From a virus (Duplodnaviria > Caudoviricetes), in IMG/VR virus record IMGVR_UViG_3300033559_000068, positions 1 to 29,513 of that record: DNA of 29,513 nucleotides; one strand, given 5' to 3'. Below are positions 14,982-24,900 of the stretch, piece by piece. The notes below the pieces were generated by a model that was given only the letters and a program-made list of their open reading frames with translations, did not search any database and was not told the origin of the DNA. Positions within the stretch are counted from its first letter, which is position 1; the number at the start of each line of letters is the position of its first letter. A program made the translations under genes and the position numbers.

Positions 14982-15205
14982 TGGCTAGTTATGAACGGAA
15001 GTTGCGGCGGGCGGGGGTGCAGCGGGCCGATGGGAATGCGCGGCGGTTGTTCCAGGTGGCTCTCTCGAAGATGCAGGTTCTTGAGGCGTCTTTCTGTGCC
15101 ACGTTGAATGATTTGCTGTTCGGGCGTCGGCTGGCGATTGCGGCGCGGCTTTTGGTGCGGCGGATGCGGCCCTCGATGCCTCCGCCGGTTGAGGAGGCTG
15201 CATGA
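14981..15205 (+). CDS. Hypothetical protein
   Basis: TAATG coupling to portal; ATGA coupling downstream. Confidence 0.55.
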   Translation: MASYERKLRRAGVQRADGNARRLFQVALSKMQVLEASFCATLNDLLFGRRLAIAARLLVRRMRPSMPPPVEEAA

Positions 15206-15537
15206 TCGCGGTGAATGAGTTTGATGTTGAGGCGGTGGCGACCCTGAAGGAGCAGCGGCCTGGCGAGTTTGAACGGCTGTTGTGTCTGATTGGCGAGAAT
15301 AGCGCCATCGACCACAAGGCGGCGACGGCGCGGGGGGCGAGCGCGGCGCGTGAGGAGAATTGCGGGCGGGCGCAGGTGTGGGGCGAGCTTTATGCGTTCC
15401 TGGCCGAGGTTTCGGAGCGGTGGGAGCATATCCAGCGGCAACGCAAGGCGGGCGCGGTGCATGGTGCATCGGCGTGGGCTAACCAACAGCAGTACAGCGG
15501 CCCCTACGAGGAACCACTGAACCATGGGCCATTTTGA
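15202..15537 (+). CDS. Hypothetical head-region protein
   Basis: RBS GAGGAGG; small gene between portal and scaffold. Confidence 0.6.
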   Translation: MIAVNEFDVEAVATLKEQRPGEFERLLCLIGENSAIDHKAATARGASAAREENCGRAQVWGELYAFLAEVSERWEHIQRQRKAGAVHGASAWANQQQYSGPYEEPLNHGPF

Positions 15538-15666
15538 TGATTTGCGCGGGATGCCGGATGGAGGCCCGCATACAAAACGAGGATGAATCAGGCGCAGACC
15601 GGCGGCACGGCCCTCTCGGGGATACCGTTAAACGCGACATGGCGCGACTAAGGAAGGGTAGAGAAC

Positions 15667-16731
15667 ATGGCACTTGACGCGAATGAACACATACCGAGCA
15701 GGCTGAAGGCAGAGGAAGCAGCGGCGGAAGCGGCGTATCTGGCGGAGATCGGAGATACAGCGGCACCGGCGGCGGCTCCCGCAGGCAATGCAGCAGCGAC
15801 CACGGACGGGCAGACCGGCCAGCCGACAGAGGGCGTTAAACCTTCTGGCGAGACGACCGGGACAGACACGACGGCGGGCGTTGATGATGCGGATGCCATT
15901 CTTTCAGCAGCAGCCACGGCAGATACGACACCAGCGACGGCAGATACCGCCCATGATGGCGACCTAACCGCACGGATGTCCCAGGCCGAGGCACGGGCAC
16001 AGCAGGCAGAACAGCAGTACCGCACGCTTCTTGGCAAGTACAACGCCGAGGTTCCGAGGGCGCAACACCGGATTTCTGAACTGGAAACCGAGGTTGCGAC
16101 ATTGAAGGCGGGCGGCACCGGCACCACGGGAACGGCGGCGGCTACCAAGCCAAAGGCGACCCCGGCGCAGGCTGATGATGACATTTCCCAGGAGGATGTT
16201 GATCTGTTCGGGGAAGACCTTATCAAGAATCAGCGCAAGGTGGCGCGGGCTGAATATCGACGGCTGGCTGAGGAAGACGACGCCAAACGGCGACAGGAGA
16301 CGTACTACCGCGACCTTACGGCGTTGGTTCCCGATATTGTGGCGATCAACGCTTCTGACGAGTTCAAGGCGTTCTGCCAGTCGGTCGAGCCGAATAGCGG
16401 CTTGATGTGGCAGATGATCCTTGGCGATGCAGAAGGCGAGCTGAACGCTGGCCGTATCGCGCATGTGTTTGATGTGTTCAAGTCGAGAGGCAGGGGGACA
16501 ACCCCAGCAGCGAAGGTGAGCCCGGCGGCTACCTCCGCGATTGATGCCCAGGTGATGCCGTCCACCGCTCCGTCCCCCGCCCCCAACGGGCAGCGGGTGT
16601 ACACGCGCGCTGAATACAATCGCCTGATGGATAATGTCGCGAAGGGCCATTACGGGCTCGGGAGTGAGAAGGCAAGGAAGATCGAGGCCGAGCTGGACAG
16701 GGCGTGGAGCGAAGAACGGGTCAGGTATTGA
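15667..16731 (+). CDS. Capsid scaffolding protein (putative)
   Basis: Low-complexity acidic N-terminus, coiled coil QYRTLLGKYNAEVPR, C-terminal IEAELDRAWSEERVRY; immediately before the capsid gene. Confidence 0.75.
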   Translation: MALDANEHIPSRLKAEEAAAEAAYLAEIGDTAAPAAAPAGNAAATTDGQTGQPTEGVKPSGETTGTDTTAGVDDADAILSAAATADTTPATADTAHDGDLTARMSQAEARAQQAEQQYRTLLGKYNAEVPRAQHRISELETEVATLKAGGTGTTGTAAATKPKATPAQADDDISQEDVDLFGEDLIKNQRKVARAEYRRLAEEDDAKRRQETYYRDLTALVPDIVAINASDEFKAFCQSVEPNSGLMWQMILGDAEGELNAGRIAHVFDVFKSRGRGTTPAAKVSPAATSAIDAQVMPSTAPSPAPNGQRVYTRAEYNRLMDNVAKGHYGLGSEKARKIEAELDRAWSEERVRY

Positions 16732-16791
16732 CACCGTTCTCGTTCAAAGGTGCGCACTGCGAGGCGAGGATAACAATAACGAGGTGATGAA

Positions 16792-17721
16792 ATGGCGTTT
16801 CCAGTAGCAGCAGATGAGAAGAGTCATAGCGGGACGATGATCCCGACTATCTGGGAAAAGAAGTTCCTCAAGTTCTTTTACTTGAGTACGGCGTTGGCTG
16901 CGATCAGCAACACGGATTATGAGGGGGAAATCAAGGCGCATGGCGATAAGGTCGAGGTGAATTATCTCCAGGGCGGTGAATCCCATGAGTATGTGAAGGG
17001 TAAGAAGCTGGTCTATACGGAGCTTGAGAGCGCAACTCGCACGCTTCTGATCGACCGTGGCCGGTCGTTCCAGTTCCCGGCGGATTACATTGACAAGTCG
17101 CAGGCGATGAAGAGCCTCGATTACGTCAACAAGTGGTCCGAACATCTGGCGCAGATCACCAAGCGCGATATTGAACACATCGTGCTTTCGGAGATTTTCT
17201 CCGAGGTGGATGCCGCCAATGCCGGGGCGAATGCCGGGGCTGACACGGCGGATTACAACCTGGGCTCGGCGGGTGCCCCGAAGGCGTTGGTGAAGACCGA
17301 CATCATCGACGACATTGTGAACTGGGGTGACGTGCTGGATCAGCAGAACATCCCGGACGATGGGCGGTGGCTGGTGCTGCCGACCTGGGCGGCGGCGCTC
17401 ATCAAGAAGTCCGAACTGCGGGATGCCTCGATCACGGGCGACAATCAGAGCGTGCTGCGCAACGGGCGCATCGGCATGATCGACCGTTTCGAGATCTTCT
17501 CCAGCCGCAATCTGCTCCAGGTGACTGACAGTAGCGGAAAGAAGGCATGGAACGCGATGGCCGGGCACAAGTCGGCAATTACGTTCGCAACGCAGTTGAC
17601 CGCTACGGAGCGGATGAAGAACCCGGATACGTTCGGGGAGCTGATCCGTTCGCTTCAGTCGTTTGGTTTCGCGGTGATGCAGCCGTCGGCGTTGGAACAC
17701 CTGTATATCAGCCGGTCCTAA
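16792..17721 (+). CDS. Major capsid protein
   Basis: 309 aa; IPTIW, ISNTDYEGEI...GDKV, LDQQNIPDDGRWLV, NGRIGMIDRFEI, FGELIRSL motifs. Confidence 0.9.
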   Translation: MAFPVAADEKSHSGTMIPTIWEKKFLKFFYLSTALAAISNTDYEGEIKAHGDKVEVNYLQGGESHEYVKGKKLVYTELESATRTLLIDRGRSFQFPADYIDKSQAMKSLDYVNKWSEHLAQITKRDIEHIVLSEIFSEVDAANAGANAGADTADYNLGSAGAPKALVKTDIIDDIVNWGDVLDQQNIPDDGRWLVLPTWAAALIKKSELRDASITGDNQSVLRNGRIGMIDRFEIFSSRNLLQVTDSSGKKAWNAMAGHKSAITFATQLTATERMKNPDTFGELIRSLQSFGFAVMQPSALEHLYISRS

Positions 17722-17737
17722 GCGGTTTGGCTGGTTT

Positions 17738-17770
17738 CCCCTCCCGCTGGCCGGGTGCTGGCGGGCAGGG
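17738..17770 (+). terminator. GC hairpin after the capsid gene
   Basis: CCCGCTGGC-CGGGT-GCTGGCGGG stem; no U-tract. Confidence 0.35.
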
Positions 17771-17828
17771 GTTCGGGTGTGATGGGATGGGGCGCGATTA
17801 GGATTAGGATTACGAAAGGTGGTTGAAT

Positions 17829-18275
17829 ATGGCTATCAAGAATTTGGTGACGAATACGACGGCGAAGAATGTCTCGGTGTATGCCGAGCGTCCTACGCAG
17901 ATCGTGAAGAGGGTACTGGATACCGGCGCGGTGAACATGGCTATTAACGATGTGGCGGTGCTGTTCTGCATCCCGCCGAGGCATCGGCTGGCGAATCTGC
18001 GGCTTGAGGTGACGAAGGTCGAGGGCGCGGCGGCGACGGTGGATGTCGGCCCGTTCTCGGATGCTGGCACCACCGCAGTGGATGCCGACGGGCTGATTGA
18101 CGGGGCTGACGTGAATGCGCTGACCCATGCTCACAGTGTGACCGGAGCGGGGCTTCTGGCGGCCAAGGGTGTTTGTACCGGTGCAACCGCACAGTACATC
18201 TGCCTGACGGCAATGGCGGCCCTGGACGCGGCGATTATCGAGGCACAGGCGGAATTGATCCCGTACAACCTCTAA
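17829..18275 (+). CDS. Putative capsid decoration / virion protein
   Basis: About 150 aa, beta-rich, directly after the major capsid gene; RBS AAAGGTGG. Confidence 0.6.
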   Translation: MAIKNLVTNTTAKNVSVYAERPTQIVKRVLDTGAVNMAINDVAVLFCIPPRHRLANLRLEVTKVEGAAATVDVGPFSDAGTTAVDADGLIDGADVNALTHAHSVTGAGLLAAKGVCTGATAQYICLTAMAALDAAIIEAQAELIPYNL

Positions 18276-18289
18276 ACAATTAACACACC

Positions 18290-18360
18290 CGCCGGGGGCC
18301 GTCCACTGGGTGACACACACACCCACCCGGATGGACGGACCCCGGCACTTTATCCATTTT
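18290..18360 (+). terminator. Long hairpin followed by T-rich sequence
   Basis: GCCGGGG-CCGTCCA-CTGGGTG pairs with CACCCGG-TGGACGG-CCCCGGC, then ACTTTATCCATTTT. Confidence 0.5.
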
Positions 18361-18420
18361 CTGACAGGTTCCAAGCGATTTTCACAATAAAAACAACAGC
18401 AAAACGAAAGGTTCAGTATC

Positions 18421-19098
18421 ATGCGTTCAATCAAGGTTCTCAAACGGGTGGCAGACGGACGTATCTTCACCTATGCCCCGGAACTGGATGTTCTGGTGCG
18501 GCGCGGTATTCATCGGTTGATCGAGCAGCGGATTGACGACAACGGCACGGTGGTTGACGAGATCGACCTTACCCGGCTGGATGATGACAATTCGGAAGTT
18601 GCGCTGCGCGAGGCTATCGCCCGCAAGTGGCCCCACCTGGTGGACCTGATCGACCGGCCCGAGGTGGCGCGGTTGGCGTCTAGGCAGGCCAAGGCCGAAG
18701 ACAACGCCGAGGGAGTCCCTTTCGCCGAGAGCAAGATTCTGAATATGCCCGGCGTGGAATCGGTAGGCGCAGGGATCCCGGATTATACCGATGAAATCCC
18801 CGATGCACCGGAAATGCCAGCAGCCAAGCCATCCCCGAAGGCGAAGGCGAAACCCAAGGCGAAGGCGGAGCCGGTTGTGGATGCCGAGCCGGTGCCCGTG
18901 GATCCGGCTGTTTCCGAGATGGAAGCGAAGGTCTCGGCGTTTGCGGATGCGATGCGCAAGGCTCCATCGCGGGAGTTTAAGATTGCGAAGGCGGCGGAGT
19001 TCGGTGTCGTGGTCGAGGATGGCCCCGCCGGTACGATGGTTGCCGAGGCGGTTGAGAAGTATTCGGCGATGCTGGCCAAGGGGCAGGCAGGAGCGTAA
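18421..19098 (+). CDS. Hypothetical virion-region protein with Pro/Lys/Ala-rich linker
   Basis: 225-aa ORF between capsid and adaptor genes. Confidence 0.7.
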   Translation: MRSIKVLKRVADGRIFTYAPELDVLVRRGIHRLIEQRIDDNGTVVDEIDLTRLDDDNSEVALREAIARKWPHLVDLIDRPEVARLASRQAKAEDNAEGVPFAESKILNMPGVESVGAGIPDYTDEIPDAPEMPAAKPSPKAKAKPKAKAEPVVDAEPVPVDPAVSEMEAKVSAFADAMRKAPSREFKIAKAAEFGVVVEDGPAGTMVAEAVEKYSAMLAKGQAGA

Positions 19099-19101
19099 GC
19101 G

Positions 19102-19683
19102 ATGGCGTCCTTGTATGATCTCTCGTCCCAGGTGGCCCCGTTCGTGGTGGATTGTCCCGACGGGGTGCAGAAGTGGGCGCTGCGACAGGCGGCCTGCCGC
19201 TTCCTGGCGGATTCCCACCTCTGGCGCGTCTCGCTCTCGCACACGGTGAGTGGCGAGGAGGTGCTTGCGGTGGGTATCAATGAGTTCTCGGGGATGCCGG
19301 TCAATACGTTCGTGGCCTCGTGCCTCTCGCTGACGGTGGACGGCTGCAATTACATTTCCGGGTGGGCGTTCGCAGGGGATGTGCTGGAGTTGGAACTGGC
19401 TCCAAAGGCTGGCGCGGTGCTGAAACTGGACGTTGTGCTGGGCGGGGCTTCTTCGCTCTCGGCGATCCCGATGCCGATTCTGGCTCGCTATGGCGGGGCG
19501 ATTGCGGATCTGGCGTTGTTCCTGATCCAGTCGCAGGTTAGCAGGCCCTATTCGAGCCCGGAGGGGGCGGCGCAGGCGTTGGCGCGGTATGGGGCGCAGA
19601 TGCACGCGGCCAACGTGGAACGGCTGACGGGTGGACGTTCCGGGGATGCGGTGCTGACAACGGCGATACCGGAGTATTTCTAA
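19102..19683 (+). CDS. Head-tail adaptor-like protein
   Basis: VVDCPD...ALRQAACRFLADSHLWR N-terminus, RPYSSPEGA C-terminus; position in the gene order. Confidence 0.65.
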   Translation: MASLYDLSSQVAPFVVDCPDGVQKWALRQAACRFLADSHLWRVSLSHTVSGEEVLAVGINEFSGMPVNTFVASCLSLTVDGCNYISGWAFAGDVLELELAPKAGAVLKLDVVLGGASSLSAIPMPILARYGGAIADLALFLIQSQVSRPYSSPEGAAQALARYGAQMHAANVERLTGGRSGDAVLTTAIPEYF

Positions 19684-19698
19684 CGAGGAGGCGGGTTC

Positions 19699-20355
19699 AT
19701 GCAGGCAAGCGAGATTCTTTTACCGGCCCGGCGGGAGTTGCAGGACGAGTTCGGCGGGAAGTGGCCGGATTCGGTGCTGTTCGCCTATATCGCCGACGGG
19801 CTGGCGGAGATGCTCAAGCTGCGGCCTGATCTGCTGCTTTCGGTCTCGGGCACGATGGAAAGCGATTTCGGCAGCGAGTTCGGCACGGAGTTTGTGCGGA
19901 CCCGCAACGGGCACCTTGAAATCTGGGACAGCGGCCTGGAGAAGTGGGTGGCCGTCGCGTTCGAGAATGGTTCCCTGGTGGCGATGGATGGCGAGCAGGC
20001 CCCCGAGGGGGCAGATGTGTTTGTGAGATTGCGTAGCGGGCGGCTGGAAATCCGTGATAGCGGGCTGGACCGGTGGATTGCCGTCTCGTTTGTGAATGGT
20101 GCCCTGGTTCCCCTTCTGCCCGATGCGGCGGATGATTACATTTCCGGGGTTTCCTCGCTCTCGGGCGGTAGTTCTGTGCTATCCGGGGATTCGATGTTGC
20201 CGATTGATGACCATGCGCTTGTGGCTCCGCTGGTCTCGTATGTGGTCTATCGGTCGAAACAGCAGTATGCCGCCGATGCTACGGCGCAGGCGGCGGCGTT
20301 GGTGCATTATCAAGCCTACCGGCAGCGGCTGGGCGTGGACAACAGGAGGGCGTGA
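19699..20355 (+). CDS. Adaptor-like protein (DUF6682-like) with internal 30-aa duplication
   Basis: ARRELQD...WPDSVLFAYIADGLAEMLKLRPD and LVSYVVYR...HYQAY termini. Confidence 0.6.
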   Translation: MQASEILLPARRELQDEFGGKWPDSVLFAYIADGLAEMLKLRPDLLLSVSGTMESDFGSEFGTEFVRTRNGHLEIWDSGLEKWVAVAFENGSLVAMDGEQAPEGADVFVRLRSGRLEIRDSGLDRWIAVSFVNGALVPLLPDAADDYISGVSSLSGGSSVLSGDSMLPIDDHALVAPLVSYVVYRSKQQYAADATAQAAALVHYQAYRQRLGVDNRRA

Positions 20356-20358
20356 GTT

Positions 20359-21978
20359 ATGAAGATGTTGCGGGTTCTGGCGGTTGGTGCGGTTGCGGTG
20401 GCCTTGCTGGTGTTGGTGCTGGCCGGATCGGTCTTCGGGCAGTCGGGTTATACGGTGCTCGGCAAGAGTGTGATGGTGGGCACCAATGGCGTGGTGAACC
20501 TGCCCGCCGGGTTCTGGACGAATAACCTTGCCCCCAGTGAGGTCGTGGTTTCGCAGGATGCACAGGGCCGCCTTGTGCTTGGGCTTGACAATGCCGTACT
20601 GCGTTCGGGGACCGTGGAGGCTTGGACGTTCGCGGGGGGCTCCTATGCACAGGCGGGAGTGGTGGCAACCTCCCCCGTGCTTACCGGCGGCGTGGCGCGG
20701 TGCGAGGCGACGGTTCAGGGTGCCTTTGCGGGGGCTTGGGAGATGTCTACCGGCACCGGCGATGTGTGGACGGCGTTCGAGCCGACCACGAATGCAGCGG
20801 CAGTGCGGCTGCTGTTAACGAATGACCGTCCGCTTTTTCTTATCGTAGAAGAAGGGGCTCTGGATACGACGGTATCCGGCGTGGCCGTGTTCTCGTGGGT
20901 GCGACCGCATGTGGTGGGCGGTGTGGATGACCTGTCCGGGAAGTCGCTGCGGGTGGATGATCCGGTGGACGGGCGCGACGCGGTGAACCTGCAAACGCTG
21001 AATGCGGCGATGGATGCGGCGGCCCAGTCGCTGGGTAGCTCGCTGGTTGCGCTGACGAATGATGTGACCTTCAAGGAAAAGGTGTTTATCGGCTCGGTGT
21101 GGTCGCTGGATTCTGGGACAAACCTTGATCTTGTGGTTTCGTCGGGCGGGCTTCCGGTGTTGTGGTTCTCGCAGGGCGCGGGTTCGATGCTGCTGCATAT
21201 CGCCTCGCTTTCCGTGGCCGGGGGACAGGTGACGGCGATGGTCTCGACCAATGGCGTGTCCTCAAGACCGATGTTGCAGTATTCCGCCCCGCCCTCTGCG
21301 GCGACAGGCTGGAAGTGGATCTGGACGCCACTTGCCGCGGTTGATGAGTCGTGGCCCTCTGTGGAGACTAACGCCTACCGGATTGCGGCGACACTGCCTG
21401 ATCCCACGGCGCGTAGCGGCTTCTTCCGGGCCGTGCAGGAAAGCGCAGAGACGACGATGACGCTCGCCGGGCACTTTGTTCCGGCGGTTACTAATGCGTT
21501 CGACCTGGGGACGGCGGAGAAGCCGTGGCGTTCGCTTTACCTGGATGGGAATACGCTGCATATCGGTGGCTTCCCTATAAGCGTGGATGCCAGCAGCGGC
21601 TCGCTGACCTTTGGCGGGGTGGTGGTGGCGAGTACGAACCAGCCGACTAACTCGCTGCTGACGCCCGATGCGTTGTCGGCCATGTTCTCGAACTCGATTG
21701 CCTCGACGGTGGATCTATTTGCGCAGACGCCGAGCGTACCCGCCTACCAGTATGTGACGATCCCGACAAACGGCCTTGACCCGAATACCAATGTGCTGGT
21801 GGCGATTCCCGAGCCGACCTACTGGACGACGAATGCCACCGGGGAGTATGTGCAGACGAATGTGTATGTGCCCCTGCCTCCGATTGCCTCGCTGCCTACC
21901 AATTTCCCTCCGCTTGTGCCGCTTTCCAATGTTGTTTTTAACCTGACTGAAACGAATGGATGGGGTGATGATGAATAA
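20359..21978 (+). CDS. Tail-fibre-like protein with signal-peptide-like N-terminus
   Basis: MKMLR plus hydrophobic stretch; DDPVDGRDAVNL and FVPAVTNAFDLGTAEKPWRSLY tail-fibre-type motifs; many TN dipeptides. Confidence 0.6.
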   Translation: MKMLRVLAVGAVAVALLVLVLAGSVFGQSGYTVLGKSVMVGTNGVVNLPAGFWTNNLAPSEVVVSQDAQGRLVLGLDNAVLRSGTVEAWTFAGGSYAQAGVVATSPVLTGGVARCEATVQGAFAGAWEMSTGTGDVWTAFEPTTNAAAVRLLLTNDRPLFLIVEEGALDTTVSGVAVFSWVRPHVVGGVDDLSGKSLRVDDPVDGRDAVNLQTLNAAMDAAAQSLGSSLVALTNDVTFKEKVFIGSVWSLDSGTNLDLVVSSGGLPVLWFSQGAGSMLLHIASLSVAGGQVTAMVSTNGVSSRPMLQYSAPPSAATGWKWIWTPLAAVDESWPSVETNAYRIAATLPDPTARSGFFRAVQESAETTMTLAGHFVPAVTNAFDLGTAEKPWRSLYLDGNTLHIGGFPISVDASSGSLTFGGVVVASTNQPTNSLLTPDALSAMFSNSIASTVDLFAQTPSVPAYQYVTIPTNGLDPNTNVLVAIPEPTYWTTNATGEYVQTNVYVPLPPIASLPTNFPPLVPLSNVVFNLTETNGWGDDE

Positions 21979-24900
21979 GATTGTATGTAATGCCGTGGTT
22001 GCTGCCTGCGTGATGCTGCTGGGTGGGCTCCTTTGTCTTGTGGTGAACGCTGCGCAACAGCAACTTCCAGCAGAGCCTGATATTGCTTGGTCGGACTTTA
22101 TTGCTGCGGTAGGGTCTAGAGATCCAATGAATGCGAACCATGTCCTTGAATACTATACCTGGGCGATTAGACAAGATAATGCGTGGTTTGAGCAGTGTGT
22201 CGCGATCAGCGTGGATAACCGCTTTGATGCGTGGAGTACCAACGGCGTATCTGCACAAACGAACATGACAGAGTTTGTCGCGCAATACGAGGCATTCAAA
22301 CTGGAAGTGAATGCCAGCATTCGCCAAACCGACAGCAATGTTTCTGTTAACAACGGCAGAGTACAGGTATTGCGGTATGATGTGAATCAACTCCAGAACG
22401 ATGTAACAGACACCCGAAACTCCGTGCAGCAACTTATGACGGAAACCATGGACAGCCAGAACGCTTTGATGCAGATGCTTGAGCAGAGAGTCAACGAACT
22501 GGCCGCCAGGGATATCAGCATCGGTACGGATGTGTGTAGGATGATTGACCAGTTGCGGAGGCGGCATACTTCGGCTTTTAATTTCGTGAATGCGCGGATT
22601 GATGAGCTGACCAATTCGCCGCTTTCGAGCGTGGTTGAAGCGGGCACGAATGCGACGTTCCTTTCGGTGGCATCGGCGGTGGATCAGATTGTTTCCACGA
22701 ATGGGATGACGGTTTCCACGAATGCCGGGCAGACGCGGTACACGGTGACGCTGGATCATACCGCGTTGCCGTATCCGGTGGTCTCGGGCACGGGTTCGCT
22801 GGTGAAGGTGGTGGCGACGCCGGGCGAGGAGGATACGCAGCCGACGACGTATGAGGTGGGGCTGGATCCTTCCGTTCTGGAGATGAATGCGGAATTGCCG
22901 CTGATCGCGGTGCCCGCCTCGACGAATGCGGCGGATGCATGGAAGTTCTCGCTTTCGCTGGATACGAACTGGCTGGCGAGTGTGCCCACGAATGTGACCA
23001 GTCCCGTGCAGGTGGCCGGTACGGCCGGTGCAACTGTGACGCCAAGCGAGATCACGGTGAACGGCTCGACTGGGACGCTTTACACGGTGAGTGTCAGCAC
23101 GGGCTGGCTGGGGGGATGGATCGGGACGAACATTGTTGATGATGTTGGTGTTGAAAGCGTGAGTGTTGACGGGACGAACCCGATTTATGTGGTTGACGGG
23201 GGCGGTGCAGACAACCCGACGTTTATGGTGGGGTTCAATACGAACTGGCTAGCGGCGTATCTTTCGGGGGGTTATCTGCTTTCGGCGGTTGACTCCATGG
23301 ATCTTGGTGTTCTGCCTGATGGGACCGCCGTTTTGAACAATCCCGCCGGAATTAGCCCGGCGCTGGTTATTCCGAGCGTTATCAACGGGGTTGCTGTGAC
23401 GGAAATCCCTGATGGCTTTCTGGAGTTGAACCAAACGATCACCTCTGTTTCTGGTGCGAACATCATAAACATTAGTGCAAGTGCCTTTTCGGGCTGCGAA
23501 AACCTGGTCTCTGTTTCATTCCCGAACGCGCGGACTGTTGGAGCCGACGCTTTTCGCAGATGTTTCAATCTGGCGACGGTGGACCTCCCGGAGGCTACTG
23601 TTATAGGGGCATCTTGTTTCTTCGACAACGCTGTGTTAAGTTCCGTTAATATTCCCGCCGTAAAAACATTGGGGTCATATGCGTTTAGTTCATGCAGCAG
23701 TCTTAAGTCTATCGCACTTCCATCCGTTACATCAATCGGTGAAGGTGCGTTCTTAAATTGCTGGATTCTGGATGAAGTCCTCTGGGGGGCGACCAATGCC
23801 CCGGCGGAGCAATCGAGCACGTTCGCCGGAGGCTGGCCCGGGGGGTCCAACTATGTTACGAATCCGACGGCCACCGGATGGGGTACTACCTTTGGCGGTA
23901 AGCCCGTGGTGCGCTTACCGTATGCTTTACAAGCACCGTTGACGGTGCAGGGCACGAATGTGATGGACCGGTTCGCCGGTTTAGCGGTGTCTTCCGTGGT
24001 GGCGACGCAGGTGTGGGACCGGGCACAGTATCCGCTGGCGCTTACGAATGCGGCGGCGTTCGCGACGGCGGAGCAGGGTGCGCTTGCCGACACGGCGTTG
24101 CAGGCCGAGACCGACACCCTGCAGACCATAACCGACCGGGGCGCGACCACGACCAACACCATCACGGCAGGGGCGTATTATGTTGGATCAACCAACATAG
24201 GGGCTTACGCAACGACGGCTTATGGCTGGGGGAATCATGCGACCAATGGGTATGCGCTGACCAGTGATAACTCTGTCACCTGGCCAGCGGCGGTCAATGT
24301 GGCGGGGCCGACGTGGACGATTGACTACACGAACCTGATGCAGCGGGTGAATTTCACGGGCACCATCACGAACATGGTCTTCCAGACGTTGACCAATGCA
24401 CAAAAGCGCTTAGTGGAAGTGTGGATCAGTAATGCTAAATCGAACACTTACTCGCCCGATGGCCTGTGGGTGCGTGAACCGTCATGGACGAAACAGAATG
24501 TTCATGCGGTGATCTCGTGGTCGCTGGGCGGCGTCTCGGCAAGCATGGATAAGGAGATGTCATTGGATGGCCCCACGCAGGCAGGGTACATCAACGTGAC
24601 GTCTGACGCGACGGGCCTTCTGTGGAGTACCAACGGCATGAATGGCATGTATGCAGACAATACCTACACCCTGATAACCTGGTTTAACGCAACGGAATTC
24701 GCTAGCGGAAACGTGCTTATGGAGATGAGACGCGTCGGTGCCGGGGCCGACGGGTATGACTTTTATACCTATGGAACATCCGGTAGTAATCTGCTTCTTT
24801 GCTGGAGACCATTTGGCGACGCTTTAGGTGTTGCTGGGACTTTCACAAATCTGCTAAATGGAAGCTGGCACATGATTGCGTGCGTATTTAACGACGCTTC

